Assembly: GCA_965366365.1 (NCBI GenBank)
Contig: CBDUEV010000006.1
Coordinates: 1,429 to 65,428 of the forward strand
Direction: 5' to 3'
Source of the DNA: an uncultured Acidimicrobiia bacterium
Lineage (GTDB): Bacteria > Actinomycetota > Acidimicrobiia > Spongiisociales > JAENVV01
DNA: 64,000 nucleotides
Shown here: piece by piece, positions 31,768 to 40,849 of the stretch
Layout: every line of letters begins with the position of its first letter
Position numbering within the stretch: the first letter of the stretch is position 1
The notes under the pieces: model-generated
Seen by the model: the letters and a program-made list of their open reading frames with translations, nothing else
What the model was told of the DNA's origin: nothing
Databases searched by the model: none
Translations under genes and position numbers: made by a program

Positions 31768-32798
31768 GGCATCCACCCGGCGACGGGAAGGCCAGAGCCT
31801 TCGGGAAGCTCCATCATCAGGTTGGCTGCCTGGATGGCCTGGCCGGCCGCACCCTTGATCAGGTTGTCGATCGCCGAGAGCACGACCGCCGTGCCGGTCG
31901 AGGGATCGAGAAACGCCGACACCAGCGCTCGATTGGAGCCCACCACCCACCGGGTTTGCGGAGCATCTTCCACTATCTCGACAAAGGGCGCCTCTGCGTA
32001 TGCGTCGCGCAGCACGGCGGTGAGGTCGGCCTGGGTGACGCCGGGCTTGGCCGCCGCCGTGGACGTGGCGGCGATCCCCCTGAGCATCGGCACCAGATGT
32101 GGCGTGAAGGTGACGGGAACGCGCTCGATGCCCGCATACCTCTCCAACACCATTTCGATCTCCGGCCGGTGGCGATGCTTCGTGACACCGTAGGCCCGCA
32201 CGCCCTCGTCCACGGCGCCGAAAAGGAGGTCTTCGCGCACTGCCCGCCCCGCCCCGGACGTCCCCGACACGGCGTTGACGACGATTCCGTCGGCTTCCAC
32301 CGCTCCGGCTGCCAGGAGCGGCGCCAGGCCAAGGACGGCGGCGGTCGGGTAACACCCCGGCGAGGCGACGCGGGCCGCCCCGGTCAGCTCCGACGCGAAC
32401 AACTCCGGTTGTCCATAGACCCAGGAGGAGAGTTCGCCGGGCAGCGGGTGATCCGACCCGTAGGCACTCAGGTAGCGCTCAGGGGTGTCCATCCTGAAGT
32501 CGCTCCCCAGGTCCACCACCTTGGCTCCTCCGTCGGCGAGGGCATGGGCGAGTTGCGCCGAGGCGCCGTGCGGCAGCGCCAGGAAGGCGAGGTCGCATGC
32601 GCCGGCGACGGCAACATCGTGCAACTCGAGGAGACGGTCCCCACCACCGAGGTGGGGATGCACCTCGCCGAGTCGTCGGCCGGCTTGGGAGTGGGCTCCC
32701 AGCATCCGAATCTCGAAGTGAGGGTGTTCGTCGAGCAAGCGGACCAGCTCGCCACCGGCGTAGCCGGATGCACCGAGGATGGCGACAGAAGCTTTCAT
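31764..32798 (-). CDS. argC: N-acetyl-gamma-glutamyl-phosphate reductase
   Basis: ILGASGYAGGELVRLL, catalytic Cys in VASPGCYPTA. Confidence 0.9.
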   Translation of the reverse strand: MKASVAILGASGYAGGELVRLLDEHPHFEIRMLGAHSQAGRRLGEVHPHLGGGDRLLELHDVAVAGACDLAFLALPHGASAQLAHALADGGAKVVDLGSDFRMDTPERYLSAYGSDHPLPGELSSWVYGQPELFASELTGAARVASPGCYPTAAVLGLAPLLAAGAVEADGIVVNAVSGTSGAGRAVREDLLFGAVDEGVRAYGVTKHRHRPEIEMVLERYAGIERVPVTFTPHLVPMLRGIAATSTAAAKPGVTQADLTAVLRDAYAEAPFVEIVEDAPQTRWVVGSNRALVSAFLDPSTGTAVVLSAIDNLIKGAAGQAIQAANLMMELPEGSGLPVAGWMP

Positions 32799-32802
32799 TC
32801 GA

Positions 32803-32827
32803 GCATTATACGAGTATGCGAATAGCG
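32803..32827 (-). promoter_or_regulatory. leaderless-type promoter (TATAAT 7 nt before ATG) with ARG-box-like element upstream of argC
   Basis: Coding strand GCTATTCGCATACTCGTATAATGCTCGA-ATG; shares the motif YTATACGRRTAKSCG with the argR upstream element. Confidence 0.5.
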
Positions 32828-32852
32828 TGCCAAACCGACCTCATCGCCACGA

Positions 32853-34418
32853 TCAGGAACCCGCCAGCGGGGCGAGGCCCAGCTCGGGGATGGCCGGAAT
32901 CGGGTTTTCGTAGAGCCACGCGTCGAAGAAGTCCTGCAGTGATCGACCCGACACCTCTTCGGCCAGCGCGACGAACTCCTCGGTGCTGGTGTTGCCGTAG
33001 GCAAAGCGTTTGGCGTATGTCTGGAGGATCTCGAAGAAGGCCTCGTCCCCCACCTCCAACCGAAGGGCGTGCAGCGTCAATCCGCCTCGCTTGTAGACGG
33101 ACGCGTTGAAGAGATCGTCGCGATGCGGGGCTCCGGGCGGCGGGAAGGCCGCCTCGGCCAGCTCGGCAGCCGCCGCATCGGTGTCGACCTGATCCGTGAA
33201 GGCCTGGCCGCTCATCACCGCGTACCAGCGGGCGATCTCCGCGTCGCGAGCTGCAGGGCCGGAGGTGTGCTCCTGCCAGAGCCACTCCGCGTATGTGGCG
33301 AAGCCCTCGTTGAGCCAGATGTCCTTCCACTCGGTCAGGCTCACGCTGTTCCCGAACCACTGATGGGCCAGTTCGTGAACCACCACGGCGTCTCCCAGGC
33401 TCAGCACCTGGCTCCCGAAGGTGGACAGCGTTTGGGTCTCGAGGGCTGCCCCCAGATCCTCGGTTTCGAGCACCAGCGCGCCGTAGGAGTCGAAGGGGTA
33501 CGGCCCGAAGATCTCGGACAGGTACCCGAGCATCTCCGATTGCCGAGCAAAGATCTCGGCGACTCCGGTGAGGTCGTCGTCGAAGTAGTTGCGGATGACG
33601 ACCCCGGCGGGACCCACCTCGTCGAAGCGCTCGAAGTCGCCCACAGCCATCGTGAGGAGGTACGAAGCGAGCGGCTGATTCGCCTCCCACACGTAGGTGA
33701 TGAGGTCTTCGTCCTCCAACTGTTGGGCGAGAAGCCCGCTGGAGGCGACCACGAAGGGCCGCGGGACGGTCACCGACACTCCGTAGGTGGCTTTGTCCAA
33801 GGGGTGGTCGTTGGCCGGGAACCAGGAGGAGGCGCCGGCTGGTTCGCTGAGGGCGAAATAACCATCGACCGACGGCAAAAAGCCGGTCTGGAACGGAGCC
33901 GCCTCCGTGAAGAACGGCACGGGCTTGCCGCCGTAGGCGATCACCATCTCAAACGTCTCGCCCGCCTCGACCGGCTCAGGGGGATCGATCCGCAGCTCTG
34001 GCTCGACATGGTCGAAGGCCGCAGCAACACCGTCGACCATGACGGTCTTGACGGTCATCGTGGAGAGGTCCACCGACCAACTGTCGAGGTCGTCCGTGGC
34101 GACGGCCTGGAGGGTGGCCACTCCGTCGATCCGCGGGCGGGCGGGGTCGATCCGGAGTTCGAGTTCGACGTGTTGCACGTCATAGCCGGCGTTGCCGAGT
34201 TCGGGGTAGTAGTCGTCGCCCAGCCCGTCGGCGGCGTCGATCCCGCCTGCCACGATGGGCGCAGTCGTGGCGGGAATCGCGCGACTGCTCGGGACGGTGG
34301 TCGAGGTGGTCGACGCGGCGCTGCTAGTGCCCGAACAGGCGGTCACCCCGAGGGCGAGAGCGAGCACGAGCGCCGGCAGACGCCGCCGAGCGCCTTTCTG
34401 GCGCAGCTCAGTCTTCAT
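32853..34418 (-). CDS. secreted M1 family zinc aminopeptidase
   Basis: HEXXH-x18-E: VVHELAHQWFGNSVSLTEWKDIWLNEGFATY; signal peptide plus lipobox-like VTACSG. Confidence 0.8.
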   Translation of the reverse strand: MKTELRQKGARRRLPALVLALALGVTACSGTSSAASTTSTTVPSSRAIPATTAPIVAGGIDAADGLGDDYYPELGNAGYDVQHVELELRIDPARPRIDGVATLQAVATDDLDSWSVDLSTMTVKTVMVDGVAAAFDHVEPELRIDPPEPVEAGETFEMVIAYGGKPVPFFTEAAPFQTGFLPSVDGYFALSEPAGASSWFPANDHPLDKATYGVSVTVPRPFVVASSGLLAQQLEDEDLITYVWEANQPLASYLLTMAVGDFERFDEVGPAGVVIRNYFDDDLTGVAEIFARQSEMLGYLSEIFGPYPFDSYGALVLETEDLGAALETQTLSTFGSQVLSLGDAVVVHELAHQWFGNSVSLTEWKDIWLNEGFATYAEWLWQEHTSGPAARDAEIARWYAVMSGQAFTDQVDTDAAAAELAEAAFPPPGAPHRDDLFNASVYKRGGLTLHALRLEVGDEAFFEILQTYAKRFAYGNTSTEEFVALAEEVSGRSLQDFFDAWLYENPIPAIPELGLAPLAGS

Positions 34419-35790
34419 CGTGGTCCTTCATCCACGCCCGAACGAGTTCGAACGCCTCCTCTGTGGAGTAGGGGCCTTCGTCGATGCGGTGTTCCAGCAA
34501 CATCTTCATGATCTCTCCCACCATGGGTCCGGGCGACAGACCGAATTCGGACATGACGTCGTTGCCGTCGATGGGAGGCCGAAGTTTGGCGATCTCCTCC
34601 TGCTGGGACAGCACCTCGATGCGATCCTCCAATTCGTCGATGCGGCGCTGGATGGCGTCGGCCCGTTTGGCGTTCCCCGTGGTGACGTCGCATCGAACCA
34701 ACTCGTTCAGGTCGGCGAGGAGGGGGCCGGCGTCGCGGGCATAGCGACGCACCGCAGAGTCGGTCCAGCCCATCTTGAACGTATGCGGGCGCAAATGCAG
34801 GAAGACGAGCCGGCTGACGTCATCCACCATCTCCTTGGGGTACCGCAGCGCCTTGAGTCGTTCACGGGCCATCCGGGCGCCAACCACTTCGTGGTGGTGG
34901 AATGACACCCCTCCCTTGCCGAAATGGCGGGTGGCCGGCTTTCCGATGTCATGGAGGAGGGCGGCCAAACGCAGCCGCAACGTCGGCTGGGTCTTCTCCA
35001 CAACGGCCAGCGTGTGCTCCCACACGTCCTTGTGGCGGTGGAGCGGATCGCGCTGTTCGCGCAGGTCGACCAGCTCCGGCAGGAACGAGGCGGCGAGCCC
35101 GCTGTCCACGATCCCGCGTAGGCCGCGGGCGGGGTGTTCGGTGACGAGGAGCTTGGACAACTCGTCTCGAGTCCGTTCGGCCGAGACGATTTCCAGACGA
35201 TCGGCCATGTCTCGGACCGCCTGCACGGCGGCGGGATCGGGTTCGAAGTCGAGGGCCGAGACGAACCGATACAGTCGCATCATCCGCAACGGGTCGTCCG
35301 AGAAGGCGACCTCGGGGGCCAGGGGGGTTCGGAGCTCGCGTCGACCGAGGTCCTCCAGGCCGCCGAACGGGTCGACGAGTTCGAGCTTGGGGAGCGGCAG
35401 CGCCATGGCGTTGATCGTGAAATCGCGGCGCGAAAGGTCGGTTTCGATGTCGTCCGAGAAGCTCACCTCAGGCTTCCGGCTGTGGTCGCGGTAGATCTCG
35501 TTTCGGAACGTCGTGATCTCGTAGAGGTGACCGTCTGCCCTCATGCCGATGGTCCCGAACCGCTCCCCCATCGTGAACACCGCGTCGGCGATCGGCGCGA
35601 TCACCCGCTTGATGTCGGCGGGATGGGCGTCGGTCGAGAAGTCGAGGTCGTCGGCGGGACGACCCAGCAGGGCGTCACGCACCGATCCACCAACCAGAAA
35701 GAGCTGGAATCCGGCGTCGGCGAACCGCTCGGCGAGACGAGCCGGCGGGGCGTCGGCCGCGACCAACCAGGCGAGACGTTCGGGAACCAT
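34408..35790 (-). CDS. cca: CCA tRNA nucleotidyltransferase / poly(A) polymerase with HD domain
   Basis: FLVGGSVRDALLG..DLDF pol-beta NTase motif, HD domain LLHDIGK; start placed at MVPERLAW (Met25 of the track ORF). Confidence 0.75.
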   Translation of the reverse strand: MVPERLAWLVAADAPPARLAERFADAGFQLFLVGGSVRDALLGRPADDLDFSTDAHPADIKRVIAPIADAVFTMGERFGTIGMRADGHLYEITTFRNEIYRDHSRKPEVSFSDDIETDLSRRDFTINAMALPLPKLELVDPFGGLEDLGRRELRTPLAPEVAFSDDPLRMMRLYRFVSALDFEPDPAAVQAVRDMADRLEIVSAERTRDELSKLLVTEHPARGLRGIVDSGLAASFLPELVDLREQRDPLHRHKDVWEHTLAVVEKTQPTLRLRLAALLHDIGKPATRHFGKGGVSFHHHEVVGARMARERLKALRYPKEMVDDVSRLVFLHLRPHTFKMGWTDSAVRRYARDAGPLLADLNELVRCDVTTGNAKRADAIQRRIDELEDRIEVLSQQEEIAKLRPPIDGNDVMSEFGLSPGPMVGEIMKMLLEHRIDEGPYSTEEAFELVRAWMKDHDED

Positions 35791-35896
35791 GGCGCCAGGA
35801 TAAAGCCCCCGACGCGTCCGCGAACCGAAGGACGGATGATCGCCCCCCTTGGGGCCGCCCACCGCCCCGCCGGCGCCTTCTCGAGGCCAAGTCTGG

Positions 35897-35948
35897 AACC
35901 CAGTCGGTGAACCCAGTCGGTGAACCCAGTCGGTGAATCCAGTCGGGC
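35897..35948. repeat. 13-bp tandem direct repeat x4 (GAACCCAGTCGGT x3 plus a degenerate copy) in the cca/dinB divergent promoter region
   Basis: Three perfect units and one 11/13 unit with no spacers; non-coding. Confidence 0.8.
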
Positions 35949-36014
35949 AACACAGGCAACACTGCCTCGGCGCTCCGCCGGGAGCGGGCTTCCACGCCGG
36001 AGTAGGCTCGCCGG

Positions 36015-36512
36015 ATGAACCTGCTCCTGGAATTCTTCCGACACAACAGCATGATGAACGAGCGTCTCGTCGATGCCTGCCGGCCGCTCACACCTTCCCA
36101 GCTCGAGGTCGAGGTGGCCGGAACGTATGGGAACATCGGAGCCAGCCTCGTCCACATCGCCAACGCGCAGGTTGGGTATGCGGCTCGGCTGCTCGGCCTC
36201 GAGCGGAATCCGCCCTTGCCGGAGAGCCCGTTTCCGGGTTTCGAGAGCCTCAACGCGCAGTTCGCGGTCGGGAACCGTCAACTCCTGGAGGCTGCTGCCC
36301 ATCCAGACATGGAGCGCCAGGTCGAGGTGTCCGGCGATGACCCGGCCGGGGTATGGAGGATGCCGGCGGCGCTCATCCTGATCCAGGCCGTCAATCATGG
36401 GACCGACCACCGATCACACGTAGCCACCATCCTCACTCAGCTCGGAGTGGAACCGCCGGAGATGGATGGCTGGACGTACTTCGAGGACGCCGGCCACATG
36501 GCCGAGGTCTGA
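36015..36512 (+). CDS. DinB/YfiT-like metal-dependent hydrolase family protein
   Basis: DinB_2 pattern with His ligands (LVHIANAQ, VNHGTDHRSH). Confidence 0.65.
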   Translation: MNLLLEFFRHNSMMNERLVDACRPLTPSQLEVEVAGTYGNIGASLVHIANAQVGYAARLLGLERNPPLPESPFPGFESLNAQFAVGNRQLLEAAAHPDMERQVEVSGDDPAGVWRMPAALILIQAVNHGTDHRSHVATILTQLGVEPPEMDGWTYFEDAGHMAEV

Positions 36513-36549
36513 GTCACCGCGGCAACGCGGAGAACGGCGGCGCCGTGCT

Positions 36550-37629
36550 CTAGACCTTGATGATGCCCTCTTGCTCGGCCTTGACTCGGAAGTCGTGAGG
36601 ATTCGAGGCAGTGCTCATGGCGGTCTGGAACGAGATATCGCCATTCTTGAAGAGGTTGAGGATCGACTGGTCGAAAGTCTGCATGCCGTAGAACTCGGAT
36701 TCTCTGATCACCTCGACCAGGCTGTGGGTCTGTGTTGAGTCCACGATCCGGTCGAAGACACGTCCGTTCATGGTCATGATCTCCACGGCCGGCGCCCGAC
36801 CTCCGTCTGACTTCTCGAGCAGTCGCTGACTGACGACGCCCTTCAGGGTGGAGCCCAGGAGAATGCGGATCTGTTGCTGCTGGTAGGGCGGGAAAAAGTC
36901 GATGATCCGGTTTATCGTCTCGGTGGCGTCGATGGTGTGCAGCGTCGACAGGACGAGGTGTCCGGTCTCGGCAGCCTGGAGAGCGGCCTTGACGGTCTCG
37001 GCGTCACGCATCTCGCCGATCAGAATCACGTCCGGATCCTGCCGGAGAGCACGTCGTAGAGCCTCGGTGAAGTCCTTCGTGTCCATGCCCACTTCGCGTT
37101 GGGCGATGATGGCGAGCTTGTCGCGGTGCAGCACCTCGATCGGGTCTTCGATGGTGATGATGTTCACGCGGCGGGTCTGGTTCATGTGGTCGATGATCGA
37201 CGCCAGCGTCGTCGTCTTGCCGGAACCGGTAGGACCGGTCACCAGCACGAGGCCGCGCGCTTCTGCGGCGAGCTTCTCGAGCACGGGAGGAAGGCCGAGT
37301 TCGGCAAAATCCTGGGTGGTGGGGAGCACACGGCGAAGGACGAGGCTGACCGAACCACGCTGCCGGAACACGTTGACCCGGAAACGTCCGAGTTCGGCCT
37401 TCCCGTAGGCGAAGTCGGCCTCGTTCATCTCCCGGAACTCGCCGGCGGCGCGCTGAGTGAAGATACTCTGTGCGTATTCCTCGGTGTCATTGGGGAGAAG
37501 CATCGGCAGGCTCGTCGGATGGAGTTCACCATCGATCCGCATGACCGGTGGGGAGCCCACCTTGAGATGGAGATCCGACGCCTCGACGTCGATCATCTTC
37601 TTCAGTAGCTCATCAAGAGACGCAGCCAC
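36550..37629 (-). CDS. pilT: type IV pilus retraction ATPase PilT family protein
   Basis: GPTGSGKTTTLASIIDHMN Walker A, Asp box, VLVGEMRD Walker B, PilT-specific AIRNLIRE-like region; 359 aa. Confidence 0.85.
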   Translation of the reverse strand: MAASLDELLKKMIDVEASDLHLKVGSPPVMRIDGELHPTSLPMLLPNDTEEYAQSIFTQRAAGEFREMNEADFAYGKAELGRFRVNVFRQRGSVSLVLRRVLPTTQDFAELGLPPVLEKLAAEARGLVLVTGPTGSGKTTTLASIIDHMNQTRRVNIITIEDPIEVLHRDKLAIIAQREVGMDTKDFTEALRRALRQDPDVILIGEMRDAETVKAALQAAETGHLVLSTLHTIDATETINRIIDFFPPYQQQQIRILLGSTLKGVVSQRLLEKSDGGRAPAVEIMTMNGRVFDRIVDSTQTHSLVEVIRESEFYGMQTFDQSILNLFKNGDISFQTAMSTASNPHDFRVKAEQEGIIKV

Positions 37630-37686
37630 ACGTTCCTCCTCGGGGAAGTGCCTATCTCACCATCATCGGCCGCGTTCGGCGCGGAC

Positions 37687-38724
37687 TTAACCGATCTCCC
37701 AGAACCGACCCGCGCTTTTTGCCGCGAGGTCGACGATGCGCCAGGCGCCCGGTTGCGACTGGACGGGCAGGTGATCGGAGGGGGCCTCCCCCATGGCTCC
37801 GTCGATGGTGGCGGTCACCGACGTCCTGATCGCCGCCAGGTCATAGCCGCCCTCCAGAAAGAACAAGGTCCGCTTGGCGGGAACCAAGCCCTTGAGTCGG
37901 TACGCCATCGACTGATAGTCGCCTGCTCGCAGCATCCCGTCGGCCAGAGGGTCCTCTTCCCGGGCGTCGTATCCGGCGCTCACCAGAATCCAGTCGGGTT
38001 CGAACTGTCGCAGAACCGGCTCCACCACACGGTCGAAGGCAGCCAGGTAAGCGTCACCACCGGTGTAGGCAGGGAAGGGTATGTTCAGGGTGGTTCCCTC
38101 GCCGGGGCCGTACCCGGTTTCGTCCAGCCAGCCGCTCCCGGGGTAGAACGGGTATTGATGGGTCGAGATGTAGAGCACCCTCCCATCGGCGTTGAAGAGA
38201 TCCTGCGTCCCGTTCCCGTGGTGAACGTCCCAATCGACGATGGCTACCCGATTGCCCAGCTCTGCCAGCATCTGGGCGGTGACCGCCACGTTGTTGAACA
38301 GGCAGAAGCCCATCGCCTGACTCTCGAGGGCGTGATGTCCCGGGGGGCGGACCGCCAGGAAAGCCATCTCGGCGACCCCCTCCATGAGGGCGGCAACCGC
38401 TTGCGGCCCGGCGCCGGCCGCCCTGATCGCCGCCTCCCACGAGCGAGCATTGGCGTAGGTGTCGCCATCCAGGTGCCCTCCCCCCGCTGCGCAGAATCGC
38501 TCGATCGCCGTCTGATACTCGACCGGGTGGACCGCCGCGAGCAGTTCCCGATCGACCTCTTCCGCCTCGAGTTCGATGAGAGGAGCTTTGGCGTTGCGGG
38601 CTCCTTCGACGGCCGCGGGCACTCGTTCGGGCCGCTCCGGGTGCCAGTCCTCGTGCATGTGGAGGAGAAAGGCCGGGTGACTGATCAGCAACGCACGCAT
38701 GGCTCCACTCTGGCACACGACCAC
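37687..38724 (-). CDS. histone deacetylase superfamily protein (AcuC/AphA-like)
   Basis: DWDVHHGNGTQ, zinc ligands D..H..D, GGGY motif (FLEGGYD). Confidence 0.8.
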   Translation of the reverse strand: MVVCQSGAMRALLISHPAFLLHMHEDWHPERPERVPAAVEGARNAKAPLIELEAEEVDRELLAAVHPVEYQTAIERFCAAGGGHLDGDTYANARSWEAAIRAAGAGPQAVAALMEGVAEMAFLAVRPPGHHALESQAMGFCLFNNVAVTAQMLAELGNRVAIVDWDVHHGNGTQDLFNADGRVLYISTHQYPFYPGSGWLDETGYGPGEGTTLNIPFPAYTGGDAYLAAFDRVVEPVLRQFEPDWILVSAGYDAREEDPLADGMLRAGDYQSMAYRLKGLVPAKRTLFFLEGGYDLAAIRTSVTATIDGAMGEAPSDHLPVQSQPGAWRIVDLAAKSAGRFWEIG

Positions 38725-38732
38725 CGGCGAGT

Positions 38733-39509
38733 GTGCCTCTCAAAGCCCGTAAAGTGGCGCTACCTCAACGCGGAGCCGTGGTGAACCTCATTGTGCGTGG
38801 AACGTGGCCGGGTCCAATGGTCCTCAGACAGGGCTGGGCGAAGGCCAACGTCCGTCCCTGGAACGACGACATACCCGACGCCCACCTCCGGCTCGTCAGG
38901 GGAAGCGAGAGCTTCGTGCGCTCGTGCGCCGAGGCTGTCAGAGAAGCCGGCGCCGGCGGCGTGATCTCTCCCCCGGTCGCGGAGACCGGGACGGGCCTCT
39001 GGAATCGAGCTGGTTTTCGCCCGTATCTGTCTCTCGACCTCTACACCCGTGATCTCTTCCAGCCGCTCGAGGAGCCTGCCCATCCGGTCGAGAAGGAGAG
39101 CCCCGGCGACTGGAGCGGTCCCGTTGCCATCGACCGGGCCTCCTTCGAACCGATCTGGCGGCTGGGGGGTCTCGGCCTTCGCGAAGCCAAGGATGCCACT
39201 CCCCGCAGCGCCTTCCTCTGCTCGAGGCAGCCCGACGGGACGATGGTCGGTTTCGCCGTCGTGGGCGCCGGTAGTGCCGTTGCCTACCTCCAGCGTGTCG
39301 CCGTTCATCCGGATCATCGAGGAGCCGGATACGGGCGGAGTCTGGTTCGCGCCGCCTTGCGCTGGGGGCGCAACCACGGCGGAAGGACGATGCTCCTCAA
39401 CACCCAGCGCGACAACTGGGCAGCTGCCGTTCTCTATCAGTCGGAGGGTTTCGAGCGCATGCCCTCGGTCCTCGAGGTGCTCCGCTTTGGGGATCCGCCA
39501 CTAACGTGA
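38733..39509 (+). CDS. GNAT family N-acetyltransferase
   Basis: C-terminal acetyl-CoA motif VAVHPDHRGAGYGRSLV; start uncertain. Confidence 0.55.
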   Translation: MPLKARKVALPQRGAVVNLIVRGTWPGPMVLRQGWAKANVRPWNDDIPDAHLRLVRGSESFVRSCAEAVREAGAGGVISPPVAETGTGLWNRAGFRPYLSLDLYTRDLFQPLEEPAHPVEKESPGDWSGPVAIDRASFEPIWRLGGLGLREAKDATPRSAFLCSRQPDGTMVGFAVVGAGSAVAYLQRVAVHPDHRGAGYGRSLVRAALRWGRNHGGRTMLLNTQRDNWAAAVLYQSEGFERMPSVLEVLRFGDPPLT

Positions 39510-40849
39510 GTCCTCATCTGGGGAGGGATCCGTTGCCGCCAGCTCTACCCGACCGTTACCAACTCGAAGTTCGCCTCGGCCGCGACGGCGACGTCGAGGA
39601 ATGGTTGGCGATGGATACCGCCCTGGACAGGCCGGTCCTGGTCCGGGCTCTCGGACCGGAAGCCGGTCCGGAGCGCTCCGAGCAGTTCCTGGAGGCGGTC
39701 AGGGGCGCCGCTCAGGTTTCGCATATCCACTTGGCCGCCATCTACACGGCCGCTCACTTGGAGGATTCGACGTACTCGATCTCGGAGTGGGTGGGAGGCA
39801 TGACCCTCGCCGACCGCACCGCCGCCCGCGAGCCGATACCTCCTGAGGAGTTCGTTCCGAATGCCGCCGGACTGGCCGAAGCATTGGCCGTCCTCCACGC
39901 CGCCGGCCAAATCCACGGGGCAATCGACGCCCGGGCCATATTCTTCTCGGCCGCCCACCCCGCCAAGCTGGCGGCTTTCGGCCGCCCTCCCGTGACTCGA
40001 TACGCCAGCAACGACGTCGAGGCTCTGGCCACCACGCTCGAACGAACCCTGACCGGTGGCGAGCCCGGGAACGTGCCACCGTCGCAGGTGGTGGATCGCC
40101 TGTCCCCGATCGTGGACGGAGCCTTGTCCGAAGCCCGCACCGGCATGTTCGATGCCGGCGCTCTCGCCAGCGCTCTCCACACGGCTCCCACCCCCAACAT
40201 GGCGGCCGCTCCCGCCGGAGAGGGCTGGAACTGGAAGTGGTTGGCGCCCGCGGCGTTTCTGGCTCTCGTCGCCATCGTGCTCACCGCCATCGGAGTTTCC
40301 TTGGTCGACGACGGCGGAAGGGCGGCGGCTGTTCCGACCCCCACCACGAGCCCTTCCCCCACGCCTCCCCCCGTGTCCTCGCCACCTTCGGAGAGCGAGC
40401 CCCCCCAGACGTCCGACGGCCCGCCGGTCACGGTGGTCAGGGCTTTCTCCTTCGACCCCACCGGCGATGGGGAGGAGCACGAGGAACTGGCCGCGGCTGC
40501 GATCGACGGGGACTTCGCGACGAGTTGGAAGACCGAGAGCTACCTCGATCCCCTTCCTCTTCAGAAGGCGGGCGTGGGACTCGCCGTCGAAGTCGACGGC
40601 TCGCCGAGCGGCGTCGATATCACGGGGATTCGCAATGGAACGGTGTGGGAGCTGCGGTGGAGCCCGGCGGCGGCCGCCGCTTTGGCGGACTGGACGGGTG
40701 TGGCAGAGGGAACCGTTCGAGATGGCCAGCTCTCCGCCGACCTCCCTGAGCAGGCCGGTGGAGTTTGGCTCATCTGGTTCACGGACCTTCCCGCCGACAA
40801 CGAAGGTACCTACAACTCCACGGTGGCAGAAGTACGATTCCGGCCATGA
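39506..40849 (+). CDS. protein-kinase-like (pseudokinase) domain - TM - extracytoplasmic beta-rich domain protein; homologous in architecture to the C-terminal half of mycobacterial MviN
   Basis: N-terminal ~230 aa kinase-like fold lacking the Gly-loop, VAIK Lys, HRD and DFG; one TM (WLAPAAFLALVAIVLTAIGV); Pro/Ser/Thr linker; C-terminal ~150 aa domain (FDPTGDGEE..SWKTESY..GVWLIWFTDLP). It sits immediately upstream of the ECF sigma. Confidence 0.6.
   Translation: MSPHLGRDPLPPALPDRYQLEVRLGRDGDVEEWLAMDTALDRPVLVRALGPEAGPERSEQFLEAVRGAAQVSHIHLAAIYTAAHLEDSTYSISEWVGGMTLADRTAAREPIPPEEFVPNAAGLAEALAVLHAAGQIHGAIDARAIFFSAAHPAKLAAFGRPPVTRYASNDVEALATTLERTLTGGEPGNVPPSQVVDRLSPIVDGALSEARTGMFDAGALASALHTAPTPNMAAAPAGEGWNWKWLAPAAFLALVAIVLTAIGVSLVDDGGRAAAVPTPTTSPSPTPPPVSSPPSESEPPQTSDGPPVTVVRAFSFDPTGDGEEHEELAAAAIDGDFATSWKTESYLDPLPLQKAGVGLAVEVDGSPSGVDITGIRNGTVWELRWSPAAAAALADWTGVAEGTVRDGQLSADLPEQAGGVWLIWFTDLPADNEGTYNSTVAEVRFRP

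Noticed and set aside
35791-35862. 24-codon N-terminal extension of cca (MGGPKGGDHPSFGSRTRRGLYPGA)
   Set aside because: The conserved nucleotidyltransferase N-terminus starts at MVPERLAW; the extension is unconserved-looking and Gly/Arg-rich, although it cannot be fully excluded.
35897-35948. Possible CRISPR array
   Set aside because: The 13-bp units are directly adjacent with no spacers and only four copies; no cas genes in the window.
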